64,000 nucleotides of DNA from Geopsychrobacteraceae bacterium (GCA_963676795.2 CAXXTB010000002.1:1792001-1856000); one strand, 5' to 3'; shown: positions 39,553 through 51,135, numbered from the stretch's first letter. Program-made: numbers and translations. The notes: generated from the sequence alone by a model not told the origin.

Positions 39553-39837
39553 ATGCCCACTGATGACGAACAAATAGCCTTTCCCGAAAACTGGGAAGCG
39601 CTGTGCAAACAATGCGGGGAATGTTGCTTTGAAAAACGCATCGATCGCAAAGGGCGGATTCTGACCACCTCGATCCCCTGCCGTTTTCTGGATATCCATA
39701 CCCGCCGCTGCAGGGTCTACCCTGATCGCTTTGCACACGAAGAAGACTGCATCAAACTGACGCCGGAGAACGTTCCGGATTTTGACTGGCTTCCTGAAGA
39801 CTGCGCCTATCGCCAGTTTCTGAAAAAGCCGGAATGA
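39553..39837 (+). CDS. YcgN/YkgJ cysteine-cluster protein
   Basis: WEALCKQCGECC, CRFLD...C..Y, WLPEDCAY. Confidence 0.85.
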   Translation: MPTDDEQIAFPENWEALCKQCGECCFEKRIDRKGRILTTSIPCRFLDIHTRRCRVYPDRFAHEEDCIKLTPENVPDFDWLPEDCAYRQFLKKPE

Positions 39838-39847
39838 TGCCGTCCCC

Positions 39848-39884
39848 AAAAGCCCCTTCGCTCCATGAGCGAAGGGGCTTTTCA
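39848..39884 (+). terminator. Intrinsic terminator
   Basis: AAAAGCCCCTTCGCT...AGCGAAGGGGCTTTT. Confidence 0.75.
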
Positions 39885-40327
39885 TTGCCAATCCCTCCAG
39901 TTTCACCCGGGCCGGTCCTGCAACGCCGCAGACAACGTCGCAGTGCGACGTTGCACAGGCGCTCAGCGAGGGGCATCTATAACTAAAAATCTAAATAAAT
40001 ACTAAAAGCAACCCATAACCTGCTGATGTTAAGCACTATTTCAAAACATGATAAATAATCACTGGACCTGGCACAAGACTTGATACAAAGAAAGACAAAC
40101 AGACAAGCCAACGAAGTTCATCAACAGCATGAAGTTCGTTACTCAACCCGGAAGGATGACATCAGCATCCTTCACCCATCTCCCAAACACCTCTCTTTCA
40201 TTTGGGCCTTGAGCAATCGGGGCCATTTTTTTAACCTGTTGACTTCATTAGCAATTGAATAACAACCTGCAATACTTTTAACCTTTAAGCTCCAAACACA
40301 AATCAAATTCATAAGCGGTCCAGTTTC

Positions 40328-40546
40328 ATGGACAAGCTGTTCGGCTTTGCCGATAACATCGGTGCAAGAGATGTCGATTGTCGCCTGTCGGAAGTCAGGG
40401 CGCAACAGGTTGCCGATCAGCTCTCGGCCTACGGAATCATAGTCGGCACTGTTCAGGGTTTCTGCGATGACATGCCGGCTGCATCGAACCTGACCGCCTC
40501 AGAACGTGAGAAGAATCGCCGCGTCGAGGTCTGGCTGGAGAAATAG
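40328..40546 (+). pseudogene. OmpA-like peptidoglycan-binding domain C-terminal remnant
   Basis: GFADNIG...LSEVRAQQVA...PAASN.T...REKNRRVEV; no N-terminal part. Confidence 0.7.
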
Positions 40547-40629
40547 AGGCTGGAAATTTTGGTTTGACAGGAAACTCTTTCTTCCGGAAAATGTGATTTT
40601 CGCATTGCTCGGGAGAAAGAGTCCTTTTC

Positions 40630-41262
40630 ATGAATGAACTGATTCTACAGACCCTGAATGCCGGAGCTGACGAGGCCTGCATCATTCCCGCCTCATGGAT
40701 TCCCGTCAATCCTGAGCTGGTCAAGCTCTGCAAAACTCCCGGCTGCCCCGATTTCGGCCGCGCACCCGGCTGCCCCCCACACGGTCTGGGCCCGGACGGA
40801 TTCATCAGAAAACGGGATTCTTATTCTCAAACACTGGTATTTCGGATCTGGGCGTCGGAACAGGACCTGCGCGGCAAAAAGAACCTGCTCATCATGCGCA
40901 ACCTGCAATCCTTGGCGGCCCATCTGGAGAAAACGGCGCTCCAGCTTGGCTACAGCCGCGCCGAAGCCTTTGCCGGAGGATCCTGCAAAAGAATCTTCTG
41001 TGGCCAGCTTCCTTCATGTGTCGTTATCACCAAGGGGCATGACTGCCTGTTTCCGGAGCTGGCACGCCCCTCGCTCTCTGCCGTCGGCGTCAACATGGCG
41101 GCCCTGATGCGGGCCTGCAACTGGGACGAGCCAATGCTCGATCCGCACCAGCAGCCCTCGCCCCAGCGCAACGCCTGGGTCGCGGCTATCGTGCTGTTGC
41201 AAGGGAGAACTTCATTGCCCCTCAAAAAACTTTCTACCTCGACCTGCGCTGACAGCTGGTGA
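40630..41262 (+). CDS. DUF2284 metal-binding protein
   Basis: LC...GCPDFG....CPP, GGSCKRIFC, C..PELARPSLSAVGVN. Confidence 0.8.
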   Translation: MNELILQTLNAGADEACIIPASWIPVNPELVKLCKTPGCPDFGRAPGCPPHGLGPDGFIRKRDSYSQTLVFRIWASEQDLRGKKNLLIMRNLQSLAAHLEKTALQLGYSRAEAFAGGSCKRIFCGQLPSCVVITKGHDCLFPELARPSLSAVGVNMAALMRACNWDEPMLDPHQQPSPQRNAWVAAIVLLQGRTSLPLKKLSTSTCADSW

Positions 41263-41266
41263 AAAG

Positions 41267-42562
41267 CTAGACCGGCTCGGCCTTGAGGCCATCCTTGAAC
41301 AGAGCGGTTACACGAGCCTCAACAACCTGCCCCTGGCTGTAGTCTGCAGCACTGATCCAGACCGGTAGATAATTCTCGGCCAGCCCCTTTTGCAACCCGT
41401 CCCTGCCGCCGCCTTCAATAACCAGCTCAAGGATACGACCGACAAATGAGTTCCGGTAGCGCTGATTCTTCTCCTCACCCAGTTCACGCAGACGCGCGGC
41501 ACGCTCCTTGATGACATCGCCGGTCAACTGCCCGTCCATCTGTGCTGCTGGCGTCCCCTGCCGCTTGCTGAAGGGAAACGCATGGAGATGGGAAAAATTC
41601 AGCTGTCTGAGAAATGCCACCGAGCTTTCAAACTGCTCATCCGTCTCACCGGGAAATCCGGCGATGATATCGAGGCCGACCGCTGCACCCGGGATCAGCT
41701 CATGAACCCGGTCGAGCAGAGCGGCATAATCGCCGCAGGAATAATGCCGGTTCATCCGCTGCAGAACGCTGTCCTCCCCCGCCTGCAGGGGGATGTGAAA
41801 ATGCGGGCAGATCCAGTCTGCAGTTGCTATATAGCGCAACAGTTCATCATTCAATTCATTCGGTTCAATCGATCCAAGACGCAGGCGCCCGCGAAACGCC
41901 GACGCCTCTATGGCGCGCAACAGCCCGAGCAGATCTGTCGCCGGCTGCAGGTCGAGACCATACTGACCAATATGGATACCGGTCAGAACCAGCTCAGGGT
42001 AACCAGCTGCCGAGAGGCGCTCAACCTGGCCGACAACCTCGGCAACGGACACCGAGCGGCTGCGACCTCGCGCATAGGGGATGATGCAATAGGCACAGAA
42101 CGCGTCGCAACCGTTCTGAATCTGGACAAAGGCCCGGCTGCGCTGTTCGAAAGTATTGATCGACAGCGGCTCAAAACTTTCCTGAGCACGGATATCGCCG
42201 ACATGAACCTTCTGCAGACGATCATCCCTGAGCAACAATTCCAGCAGCTGTGACTTTTCCTGGTTTCCGATCACCAGACTGACCCCCGGCAAGCCACTGA
42301 GACTCTGCGGATCGATCTGAGCGTAACAGCCGGTGACAATAATCCGCGCACCGGGGTTCAGCCTGCGTGCCCGGCGGATCAGATTGCGCGACTGGGAATC
42401 GGTCGCCGCTGTTACGGTACAGGTATTGATCAGCACCAGATCAGCCCCGGCTTCAAAATCGACCTGGAGATAACCGGCCTGTTGCAACTGTTCGGCCATG
42501 GCCGCCGATTCAAACTGATTGGTCTTGCAGCCAAGCGTTACGATAGACAGGCTCTGACTCAT
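41267..42562 (-). CDS. mtaB: tRNA ms2t6A methylthiotransferase
   Basis: TLGCKTNQFES, INTCTVT, CDAFCAYC, RGRSRS. Confidence 0.93.
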   Translation of the reverse strand: MSQSLSIVTLGCKTNQFESAAMAEQLQQAGYLQVDFEAGADLVLINTCTVTAATDSQSRNLIRRARRLNPGARIIVTGCYAQIDPQSLSGLPGVSLVIGNQEKSQLLELLLRDDRLQKVHVGDIRAQESFEPLSINTFEQRSRAFVQIQNGCDAFCAYCIIPYARGRSRSVSVAEVVGQVERLSAAGYPELVLTGIHIGQYGLDLQPATDLLGLLRAIEASAFRGRLRLGSIEPNELNDELLRYIATADWICPHFHIPLQAGEDSVLQRMNRHYSCGDYAALLDRVHELIPGAAVGLDIIAGFPGETDEQFESSVAFLRQLNFSHLHAFPFSKRQGTPAAQMDGQLTGDVIKERAARLRELGEEKNQRYRNSFVGRILELVIEGGGRDGLQKGLAENYLPVWISAADYSQGQVVEARVTALFKDGLKAEPV

Positions 42563-43611
42563 CGGATCCACCCGCCACCGATAACCAGATCGCCATCGTA
42601 AAAGACGGCGGCCTGTCCGGGAGTGACCCCGCTTTGCGCTTCGTCAAAACGCACAAACGCACCACCATCAGCCAGCGGTTCAACACGCGCCGGGGTTTCC
42701 TGATGACGATAACGGATCCGGCAACGACATAAGAGCGCGGATTGAGGAACTGGAATACTCCAGTTGCAGGTCGAAACTTTCAGCGAATCGCTGCTCAGAT
42801 AATCCTTCTCACCGACAATCACCTTTTTACCCGGCACATCCAGAGCGATGACATAAAGCGGCTCCGTCCAGCCGATCCCCAGCCCCTTGCGCTGACCGAT
42901 CGTGTAGCGGTGAACACCTAGGTGCTGGCCGAGAACCTGGCCGGAGACATGGACGATCTCGCCGCCGCTTCTTACGATACCGTTCTGTTCGAGAAATTCG
43001 ATGTAGTTGCCATCCGGGATGAAGCAAATATCCTGACTTTCCCCCTTCTGTGCCACAACCAGGCCCAGCTCGGCGGCAATTTCACGGACCTGCTCCTTGG
43101 TCAGTTCACCCAGGGGGAACAGACAGCGGGAGAGCTGCTGCTGATCGAGGGCGAAAAGAAAATAGCTCTGATCCTTTTTGGGATCGATCGCTTTGCGGAT
43201 ATAGAGCCGCCCCGGCTGCTCGCTAATTCGCACATAGTGGCCGGTCGCCAGGTATTCGCCGCCGAGTTCCTGCGCCTTATCCAGCAACTTGCCGAACTTG
43301 AGCTTTTTATTGCAGTTGATGCAGGGGTTCGGCGTTCTGCCATCCTGATATTCCTGGCAGAACGGGGTAATCACCTGCTGATGGAAAAACTCACCAAAAT
43401 CAATGACATGATGCTCGATTCCCAACTGTTCGGCGACTCTGGCCGCGTCAACAGCGGGATCTGTCTTCAACTCTGGCACAGACAGAGAGTCGAGCCCCAG
43501 GCGCATGGTCAGGCCGACAACCTCATAGCCCTGCTTTACCAGCAGTGCGGCCGTCACCGAGGAATCGACACCGCCACTCATCGCAACAACGACTTTTTTC
43601 TTCACACTCAT
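42559..43611 (-). CDS. mnmA: tRNA 2-thiouridylase
   Basis: AMSGGVDSS, TPNPCINCN, ATGHY, KDQSYFL, SQDICF, TPGQ. Confidence 0.96.
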   Translation of the reverse strand: MSVKKKVVVAMSGGVDSSVTAALLVKQGYEVVGLTMRLGLDSLSVPELKTDPAVDAARVAEQLGIEHHVIDFGEFFHQQVITPFCQEYQDGRTPNPCINCNKKLKFGKLLDKAQELGGEYLATGHYVRISEQPGRLYIRKAIDPKKDQSYFLFALDQQQLSRCLFPLGELTKEQVREIAAELGLVVAQKGESQDICFIPDGNYIEFLEQNGIVRSGGEIVHVSGQVLGQHLGVHRYTIGQRKGLGIGWTEPLYVIALDVPGKKVIVGEKDYLSSDSLKVSTCNWSIPVPQSALLCRCRIRYRHQETPARVEPLADGGAFVRFDEAQSGVTPGQAAVFYDGDLVIGGGWIR

Positions 43612-43716
43612 CCTGTAAAACCTGAGCCGCTTCTCAGCTCGCCGGACCCAGGCAAAAGACAAAGGGGCGCCGCTGCACGCGACGCCCCTGATTTACCAAT
43701 ACGGACGCTTGATCGC

Positions 43717-44094
43717 TCAGGCAGCGTTTCCGTGCTTTTCCTTGTAATCCTTGATCGCTTCATGCAGGGCATCAGCGGCAAGGTTGGAACAATGCATCTT
43801 TGCCGGAGGAAGTCCATCCAAAGCCTCGGCAACGGCCTGATTGGTCAGCACCAGGGCCTCATCAAGGGTCTTACCGATGGCCATTTCGGTGACCATCGAA
43901 GATGTCGCAATGGCAGCCCCGCAACCGAAGGTCTTGAATTTGACGTCCTTGATGATACCGTCTTCGACCTTGAGGAAGATCTTCATGATGTCACCGCAGG
44001 ATGCGTTGCCGACTTCGCCGACACCGTCGGCATTTTCAATCTCACCGACGTTACGTGGGTTGCTGAAGTGATCCATAACTTTTTCTGTGTACAT
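43717..44094 (-). CDS. iscU: Fe-S scaffold IscU/NifU-N
   Basis: DHFSNPRNVG, CGD, FGCG, KMHCS. Confidence 0.93.
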   Translation of the reverse strand: MYTEKVMDHFSNPRNVGEIENADGVGEVGNASCGDIMKIFLKVEDGIIKDVKFKTFGCGAAIATSSMVTEMAIGKTLDEALVLTNQAVAEALDGLPPAKMHCSNLAADALHEAIKDYKEKHGNAA

Positions 44095-44123
44095 AAGCTG
44101 TCTCCTAAGACTCTATCTGGCTA

Positions 44124-45359
44124 TCAATCTGCGTAACTGTTACACGCCTGCTTGACCATACGACACTCGTCGCATTTGACCGGCACCTCGCTTTCGCGCT
44201 GATAGAGCGGACTCATATCGCGCAGGCGCTGGACGATCGGCGGAAGTTCGGCGAGGACATAATCGATCTCTTCTTCGCTGTTATCGGCACTGAGACTGAA
44301 ACGGGTACTGGAATGAGCCAGGACCACATCGACCCCCATAGCGCCCATGACGTGCGATGGTTCGAGAGACCCGGAGGTACAGGCCGAACCGGAGGAAGCC
44401 GCGATCCCCTTCATATCGAAGAAGAGCAGCAACGATTCCCCTTCGATATAATTGAAGCTGATATTCAGTGTGTTCGGCAGGCGCAGGTCCGCATTCGGGT
44501 GACCGTTCAGCTTGACCTCGGGAATGGTTTCCAGGATTCCCGTCTCCAGTTTGTCACGTAATTTACGCACATAGGCATAATCTCGTTCCATGTTCTGGCT
44601 GGCCAGCTCACAGGCCACCCCGAGCCCGACGATACCGGCGACGTTGTGGGTTCCGGCGCGACGATTACGCTCCTGGTGACCACCATGCATGAACTTGCCG
44701 ATCCGGGTTCCGCGCTTCAGATACATGGCGCCGATCCCCTTCGGAGCGCCGATCTTGTGTCCGGAGATAACAGCCATATCGACATTGGCCTTACGTACGT
44801 CGATCGGCAGCTTGCCGGCAGCCTGAACAGCATCGGTATGGAAACGAACTTTATGTTTCTTGGCAATCTCGCCGATCTCCTCGATCGGGAAGATGTTGCC
44901 GGTTTCGTTGTTGGCCCACATCACCGAAATCAGGATGGTTTTGTCAGTGATCGCAGCTTCAAGCTCGGCAAGATCGAGTGAACCATTTCCATCAACCCCG
45001 AGGTAAGTGACCTCGAAGCCCTGGGTTTCCAGATACTGGCAGGTTTCAAGAACCGCAGGGTGCTCAACAGCTGTGGTGATGATATGATTCCCCTTATCCT
45101 TCAGGACATCACAGGTTCCCTTGATGGCATAGTTGTCCCCTTCACTGCCGCAAGAGAGAAAAACAACCTCTGCCGCTGAACAATTGAGCAGACTGGCAAC
45201 TTGAGCCCGGGCGTTTTCAATCGCCCCGCTGACCATCCGGCCAGCCCAGTGAACGCTTGACGGATTGCCGAACTGTTCACGGAAAAATGGCAACATCGCC
45301 TCCAGAACCTCAGGTTTGACCGCAGTCGTTGCGTTGTTGTCCATGTAAATCTTTTTCAC
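44124..45359 (-). CDS. iscS: Cysteine desulfurase
   Basis: YMDNNATT, SGHK, SSGSACTS; GTG start after GGAGG. Confidence 0.93.
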   Translation of the reverse strand: MKKIYMDNNATTAVKPEVLEAMLPFFREQFGNPSSVHWAGRMVSGAIENARAQVASLLNCSAAEVVFLSCGSEGDNYAIKGTCDVLKDKGNHIITTAVEHPAVLETCQYLETQGFEVTYLGVDGNGSLDLAELEAAITDKTILISVMWANNETGNIFPIEEIGEIAKKHKVRFHTDAVQAAGKLPIDVRKANVDMAVISGHKIGAPKGIGAMYLKRGTRIGKFMHGGHQERNRRAGTHNVAGIVGLGVACELASQNMERDYAYVRKLRDKLETGILETIPEVKLNGHPNADLRLPNTLNISFNYIEGESLLLFFDMKGIAASSGSACTSGSLEPSHVMGAMGVDVVLAHSSTRFSLSADNSEEEIDYVLAELPPIVQRLRDMSPLYQRESEVPVKCDECRMVKQACNSYAD

Positions 45360-45379
45360 ACTGTCCTCCAAATATATTA

Positions 45380-45814
45380 CTAGCTAAGAACCCTGGCCTG
45401 CATACGGCGCCGTCCGTCCCTGGTCAAATCCTCCAGAGTCATTGACGCGAGGAATTGACGTATCTGATTGCCAAGACCGTGCCAAACCGATTGGGTCGTG
45501 CATTCCGTGTCACAACTGCAGCTTCCGTCATCATTCATACATGAAAGTGGCACCAGGGTTTCTTCAACGGTGTCTATTATTTCATCAATTCGGATCTGAT
45601 CTGCCGCTCTTGCCAACACGTAACCGCCACCGGGGCCCCTGACACTCTGGACAATATTGCCACGCCGCAATTTGACGAATAACTGCTCCAGGTAGTTGAG
45701 AGAGATCTTCTCGCGCTCGGCAATCTCCTTGATCGTCACCGGATAACCGTCGCTGGTCAGATTCAGACTGACCAGAGCGCGTACAGCATACTGAGCTTTG
45801 GTCGACATTCTCAT
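45380..45814 (-). CDS. Rrf2-family regulator (IscR/CymR-like)
   Basis: YLEQLF..L, SVRGPGGGY, Cys cluster C-X6-C-X-C-X3-C. Confidence 0.9.
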   Translation of the reverse strand: MRMSTKAQYAVRALVSLNLTSDGYPVTIKEIAEREKISLNYLEQLFVKLRRGNIVQSVRGPGGGYVLARAADQIRIDEIIDTVEETLVPLSCMNDDGSCSCDTECTTQSVWHGLGNQIRQFLASMTLEDLTRDGRRRMQARVLS

Positions 45815-45815
45815 A

Positions 45816-46508
45816 TCAGTTCACTTCCTCGTGTTGACGATCCTCTTCGCGGTTATCGTCCTGCAGCTGAACCTGCTCCTGCAGTGCATCGAACTGCTTC
45901 TCGAGACGACGGATCTGATCGAAGACACAGCTGACCGCCTTGGCCACCGGATCGGGCAGCTGATCATGCTGCAGATCGATCCCCTGGCGTTTTTCCGAAG
46001 AGAGAACAACCCGACCGGGTATACCGACAACCGTCGCATGAGCGGGCACTTCCTTGACAACCACAGAATTCGAACCGATCTTGCTGTGGTCGCCAACCTT
46101 GAACGGGCCGAGGATCTTGGCTCCGGCACCGACAATAACGTTGTTGCCGAGTGTCGGATGGCGTTTCTCCTTCGCCCAGGAGGTTCCTCCCAGAGTTACG
46201 CCATGATAAAGGGTACAGTCATCACCGACGACTGCCGTCTCGCCGATAACCACACCCATGCCGTGATCAATGAACAACCGGTGACCGATCTTGGCGCCCG
46301 GGTGTATTTCGATACCGGTGAGAAAACGGCTGACGTGAGAGAGAAAGCGACCGAGGAATTTGCATTTCCTCATCCATAACCAATGGGAAATACGATAGAA
46401 GAAGATAGCGTGGAATCCGGGATAGCAGAAGATAATTTCAAAGACATTTCTGACCGCAGGATCGCGTTCAAAAACGACTTTCATATCTTCTTTCAACATG
46501 CTAAACAT
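45816..46508 (-). CDS. cysE: Serine O-acetyltransferase
   Basis: [30 protein letters not shown]. Confidence 0.96.
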   Translation of the reverse strand: MFSMLKEDMKVVFERDPAVRNVFEIIFCYPGFHAIFFYRISHWLWMRKCKFLGRFLSHVSRFLTGIEIHPGAKIGHRLFIDHGMGVVIGETAVVGDDCTLYHGVTLGGTSWAKEKRHPTLGNNVIVGAGAKILGPFKVGDHSKIGSNSVVVKEVPAHATVVGIPGRVVLSSEKRQGIDLQHDQLPDPVAKAVSCVFDQIRRLEKQFDALQEQVQLQDDNREEDRQHEEVN

Positions 46509-46600
46509 CTGCACAGCTCCGACCTGATTATCTCTCAAAAAATAAAGTACCTGACTGATCATTAAGTGATGCCGATCACATCAGGCATGGTCAGGACTAT

Positions 46601-46625
46601 CATACCTTAGTAAAACTGTCAATTT
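46601..46625 (-). promoter_or_regulatory. Putative Rrf2/IscR-type operator overlapping -35
   Basis: Minus strand AAATTGACAGTTTTACTAAGGTATG; related half-sites TACCTGACT at ~46548 and ~46640. Confidence 0.5.
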
Positions 46626-46787
46626 TTTTAAAACATTTTAGTCAGGTATTCATAACAGCAAAAAAAGTGATTTAATAACCGTCGGCTTAATGTTCGACAA
46701 TAGATGTAATTTTCTCTACAATAACGCTTTATGCCTGAAAAACAGGTCAGAGCTCGAATGAAATCCATGATCAAGGAGAGACATACC

Positions 46788-48410
46788 ATGCCTGAATTCA
46801 GATATCAGGACCCGCTGCCGCTGAGTGCGGACCAGACTCAATACTACAAAATCGAAGGCTCAGAAAGCTACGTCAGCAGCGTAGAGTTCGATGGCCGCGA
46901 AATTGTCAAGGTCGCCCCCGAGGCGCTGACTGTCCTGGCCAATACCGCGATGCGCGATGTTTCCTTCCTGCTGCGCACCGAACACAATGAGCAGGTCGCC
47001 AGCATCCTTGCCGACCCGGACGCATCAAGCAACGATCGCGGCGTCGCCATGGCCTTTTTACGCAATGCCGAAATTTCCGCCAGCTTTGAACTGCCGCTTT
47101 GCCAGGATACCGGCACCGCAACGGTCATCGGCAAAAAGGGGGAACAGATCTGGACCGGGGCCAACGACGCAGAAAAGATCTCAGCCGGGGTCTTTCGCAC
47201 CTACACCGAAGAGAACCTGCGCTACAGCCAGACCGTCGCCCTCGACATGTACCGGGAGAAGAATACCGGTACCAACCTGCCGGCCCAGATCGATCTCTAT
47301 GCCACCGAAGGCGATGCCTACAAGTTCCTGTTTATCGCCAAAGGCGGAGGCTCGGCCAACAAGTCCATGCTCTACCAGGAAACCAAGGCACTGCTCAACC
47401 CGGAGACGCTTGAGAAGTTCCTGATTGCCAAGATGAAAACCATCGGCACGGCCGCCTGCCCCCCTTATCACCTGGCCTTCGTCATCGGCGGCACCTCGGC
47501 CGACGCCTGCATGAAAACCGTCAAACTGGCGACCGCCCGCTATCTCGACGGATTACCGACCGAAGGGAATGAGCATGGCCAGGCCTTCCGCGACCTGGAG
47601 CTCGAAGCCAAGCTACTCAAGGCCGCCCAGGAACTCGGCATCGGCGCTCAGTTCGGAGGAAAATACTTCGCCCACGACGTGCGCGTCATCCGCCTGCCCC
47701 GCCATGGCGCATCCTGCCCTGTCGGCATGGCGGTCTCCTGTTCGGCGGACCGCAACATCAAGGCCAAGATCACCCGCGACGGCCTCTTCGTCGAGCAACT
47801 CGACCGCAACCCGGGCCGTCTGATTCCGGAAAGATACCGGACCGGCAAGCACAGCCATGGCACCAAAATCAACCTGGATCGCCCCATGGCTGAAGTTCTG
47901 GCCGATCTGACCAAACTCGAAGTCGGCGCCCCGCTGCTGCTTGATGGCACCATCGTCGTTGGCCGCGACATCGCCCATGCCAAATTCAAAGAGATCCTCG
48001 ACAGCGGTAAGCCGCTGCCTGATTACCTCAAGCAGCACCCGATCTACTACGCCGGCCCGGCGAAAAAACCTGAAGGGAAACCTTCCGGATCCTTCGGCCC
48101 GACCACGGCCGGACGCATGGACAGCTATGTCGACCTGCTGCAGAGCAATGGCGGCTCCATGGTCATGATCGCCAAGGGCAACCGCAGTCAGCAGGTCACC
48201 GACGCCTGCGCCAAGCATGGTGGCTTTTATCTCGGTTCGATCGGCGGACCGGCGGCCGTCCTGGCTGAAGAAAACATCAAAAAGGTCGAATGTATCGACT
48301 TTCCGGAACTGGGCATGGAGGCTGTCTGGAAAATTGAAGTTATCGATTTCCCGGCCTTTATCCTGGTCGACAACAAGGGGAACGATTTCTTCAAGCAACT
48401 CGGCCTGTAA
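46788..48410 (+). CDS. Class I fumarate hydratase
   Basis: [39 protein letters not shown]. Confidence 0.95.
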   Translation: MPEFRYQDPLPLSADQTQYYKIEGSESYVSSVEFDGREIVKVAPEALTVLANTAMRDVSFLLRTEHNEQVASILADPDASSNDRGVAMAFLRNAEISASFELPLCQDTGTATVIGKKGEQIWTGANDAEKISAGVFRTYTEENLRYSQTVALDMYREKNTGTNLPAQIDLYATEGDAYKFLFIAKGGGSANKSMLYQETKALLNPETLEKFLIAKMKTIGTAACPPYHLAFVIGGTSADACMKTVKLATARYLDGLPTEGNEHGQAFRDLELEAKLLKAAQELGIGAQFGGKYFAHDVRVIRLPRHGASCPVGMAVSCSADRNIKAKITRDGLFVEQLDRNPGRLIPERYRTGKHSHGTKINLDRPMAEVLADLTKLEVGAPLLLDGTIVVGRDIAHAKFKEILDSGKPLPDYLKQHPIYYAGPAKKPEGKPSGSFGPTTAGRMDSYVDLLQSNGGSMVMIAKGNRSQQVTDACAKHGGFYLGSIGGPAAVLAEENIKKVECIDFPELGMEAVWKIEVIDFPAFILVDNKGNDFFKQLGL

Positions 48411-48542
48411 CAGTAACATTACAGAAACCAGACAGAGCCTCATCAGAAATGATGGGGCTTTTGTTTTGACCTGACAGGCTACAAACTGATTTAATACAAC
48501 AAAATAAAGGTCAGTCCATTAACTTTTTCCGGGTCAATTGTC

Positions 48543-51059
48543 ATGCTGTCAAAGTTCTCTAGGTTTTACGAAGCTGTGGTGCTGAAACGCCCGCTGGTCG
48601 CTACTGTCGTTCTGATTCTGATCATTATCGCCGTCGGCTCGGCGGCCAGCAGGTTTCGCCTCGATGCCTCTGCCGATTCCCTGCTGCTCGAAAACGACCA
48701 GGACCTGAAATATTTCCGCTCGATCAACGCGCGTTACGGCACAACCGATTTCGTCGTCATCAGTTATTCACCGCAAGGGGAGCTGACCGATGACGCCACC
48801 CTCAAGGACCTTGCCAGCCTCACCGCCAGCCTGGAGAGACTGGAGCGCGTCGCTTCTGTGACCAGCATCCTCAATGTCCCGCTGATCAACAGCCCGCGCA
48901 TGACCCTGAGCGAACTGAGCCAGGGGATACACACCCTCGGCGACTCGGCTGTCGACCCCGAGCTGGCGCTCAGGGAATTTCAAACAAGCCCCCTGTACAG
49001 TGACATGCTGGTCAGCCCCGATGCCAGAACAACAGCGCTGATGGTCAGCTTCAAAAAGGACGACACCTACCACCGGCTGCTCAACGCGCGCAACAGCCTG
49101 CGGGAAAAATCCTACACGAACAAGCTGACAACTGAAGAAGAAGCCCAACTCCAAAAAGCCACAGCGGAATTTGACCAATACAGCCGACTGTTCAGCGGAA
49201 GAGAAGCACAAGATGTCGAGCGGATCCGCCGGATTATGGATGAGCATCGTAGCGATGCAACCCTGTTCTTAGGTGGTGTGCCGATGATCGTCGCCGATAT
49301 GATCGCCTTCATCAAACACGACCTGGCTTCTTTCGGGGTCGGCGTTCTGGTCTTCCTGGTCGGCATGCTGATTGTCATCTTCCGGCGCTGGCAGTGGATC
49401 GTCCTGCCAATGGTCTGCTGCTTTATGTCGGTACTGTTCATGTTCGGCTTTCTCGGCTGGATCGGCTGGAAGGTTACGGTCGTCTCATCCAACTTCACTT
49501 CGCTACTACTGATCATAACCCTCTCGCTCTGTGTCCACCTGATCGTCCGCTACAACGAACTGTTCGAGGAGAAACCGGGTACTAGCCACTTCGAAAAGGT
49601 CAGGGAAATGGTCTTCAGCAAAGCGGTACCGAGTATCTTCACCGCCCTGACCACCATTGTCGCTTTCGTCTCGCTGATCACCAGCGATATCCGTCCGGTC
49701 ATCGATTTCGGCTGGATGATGGCGATCGGCATCAGCTTTGCCCTGATCATCAGCTTCATTCTCTTTCCGGCCGGCCTGCTGATGCTCAAAGCACCGACCC
49801 GCTTCACTTCACGCTTCGACATCACCGGCGCCATCACCAGGACCTGCGCGTCCTGGGTCGAAAAGCGCAAGGGACTGACCCTGACGATATTTATCCTGAT
49901 CACGGCCACCAGTCTTTACGGCATGTCGATTCTCACGGTGGAGAACCGCTTTATCGATTACTTCAAACCGACTACAGAAATCTACCAGGGAATGGAGCTG
50001 ATCGATCGCCAGCTCGGCGGCACGACCCCGCTCGATATCATCCTCGACGCGGATCCCGAGTTCTTTGCTGCCAGGGACCAGCAGGCAGCGACGACGGACG
50101 ACCCCTTTGCCGACGACTTTTTCGAAGAGGAGCAGAGCGATGAAGGGCTCTCCGGCAGCAGCTACTGGTACAACAGCTACCAGATCGACAGGCTCGAGCA
50201 GATTCAGAGCTATCTGGAAGAGTTGAAGGAGACCGGCAAAGTCCTCTCCATGGCAACAACCTTCAGCCTGATGAAGATGGTTAACGAGGACAAGCCACTC
50301 GACAACATCTCCCTGGCTGTCATCCACAAGAAACTGCCAGAGGTCATCAATGACGCCCTGTTCCGCCCCTACATGGCAGAAGACGGTAATCAGGTGCGCT
50401 TCTCGCTCAGGATCATCGATTCGGAACCGAGTCTGCGCCGCGACGCCTTTCTGAAAAAGGTTAAGGCAGATCTGATCGGCAAATTCGACCTCAAGCCAGA
50501 ACAGGTCCACCTGACCGGTATGTTCGTCCTCTACAACAACGTCCTGCAGAGCCTGTTCGAATCCCAGATCATGACCATCGGTGTCGTCTTTCTGGTCATT
50601 ATGCTCATGTTCCTGCTGCAGTTCAGGAACCTGCGTCTGGCGATCATCGCAATCATCCCCAACCTGATCTCGGCGGCAACCGTTCTGGGCTTGATGGGAC
50701 TGCTGCATATTCCGCTCGATATCATGACCATCACCATTGCGGCGATCACCATCGGCATCGCGGTCGACGATACGATTCACTACATCCACCGCTTCAGGGA
50801 GGAACGTGCCGAAGGCTATGAAGACCTAAAAGCAATGCACCAAGCCCATCACAGCGTCGGCCGGGCGATGTTCTACACCTCGATCACCATAATCATCGGC
50901 TTTTCGATTCTCGGCTTCTCCAGCTTCAATCCGACCATCTACTTCGGGCTCTTTACCGGAATGGCAATGCTGGTCGCCATGCTGGCCAACCTGACCCTGC
51001 TGCCGACGCTTTTGCTCCTGTGGACAGAAAAAAGTGCTAAACTGGTAAAAAATAGCTAA
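48543..51059 (+). CDS. MMPL/RND family transporter
   Basis: Two repeats of TM + periplasmic domain; GIAVDDTIH. Confidence 0.9.
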   Translation: MLSKFSRFYEAVVLKRPLVATVVLILIIIAVGSAASRFRLDASADSLLLENDQDLKYFRSINARYGTTDFVVISYSPQGELTDDATLKDLASLTASLERLERVASVTSILNVPLINSPRMTLSELSQGIHTLGDSAVDPELALREFQTSPLYSDMLVSPDARTTALMVSFKKDDTYHRLLNARNSLREKSYTNKLTTEEEAQLQKATAEFDQYSRLFSGREAQDVERIRRIMDEHRSDATLFLGGVPMIVADMIAFIKHDLASFGVGVLVFLVGMLIVIFRRWQWIVLPMVCCFMSVLFMFGFLGWIGWKVTVVSSNFTSLLLIITLSLCVHLIVRYNELFEEKPGTSHFEKVREMVFSKAVPSIFTALTTIVAFVSLITSDIRPVIDFGWMMAIGISFALIISFILFPAGLLMLKAPTRFTSRFDITGAITRTCASWVEKRKGLTLTIFILITATSLYGMSILTVENRFIDYFKPTTEIYQGMELIDRQLGGTTPLDIILDADPEFFAARDQQAATTDDPFADDFFEEEQSDEGLSGSSYWYNSYQIDRLEQIQSYLEELKETGKVLSMATTFSLMKMVNEDKPLDNISLAVIHKKLPEVINDALFRPYMAEDGNQVRFSLRIIDSEPSLRRDAFLKKVKADLIGKFDLKPEQVHLTGMFVLYNNVLQSLFESQIMTIGVVFLVIMLMFLLQFRNLRLAIIAIIPNLISAATVLGLMGLLHIPLDIMTITIAAITIGIAVDDTIHYIHRFREERAEGYEDLKAMHQAHHSVGRAMFYTSITIIIGFSILGFSSFNPTIYFGLFTGMAMLVAMLANLTLLPTLLLLWTEKSAKLVKNS

Positions 51060-51135
51060 AAACGCTAGCCTTTCCCAGCCAAACAGGATATGGTGCGCGT
51101 CTTTTGTAAAAACTCTTAGCAAAACGGACAATTCC

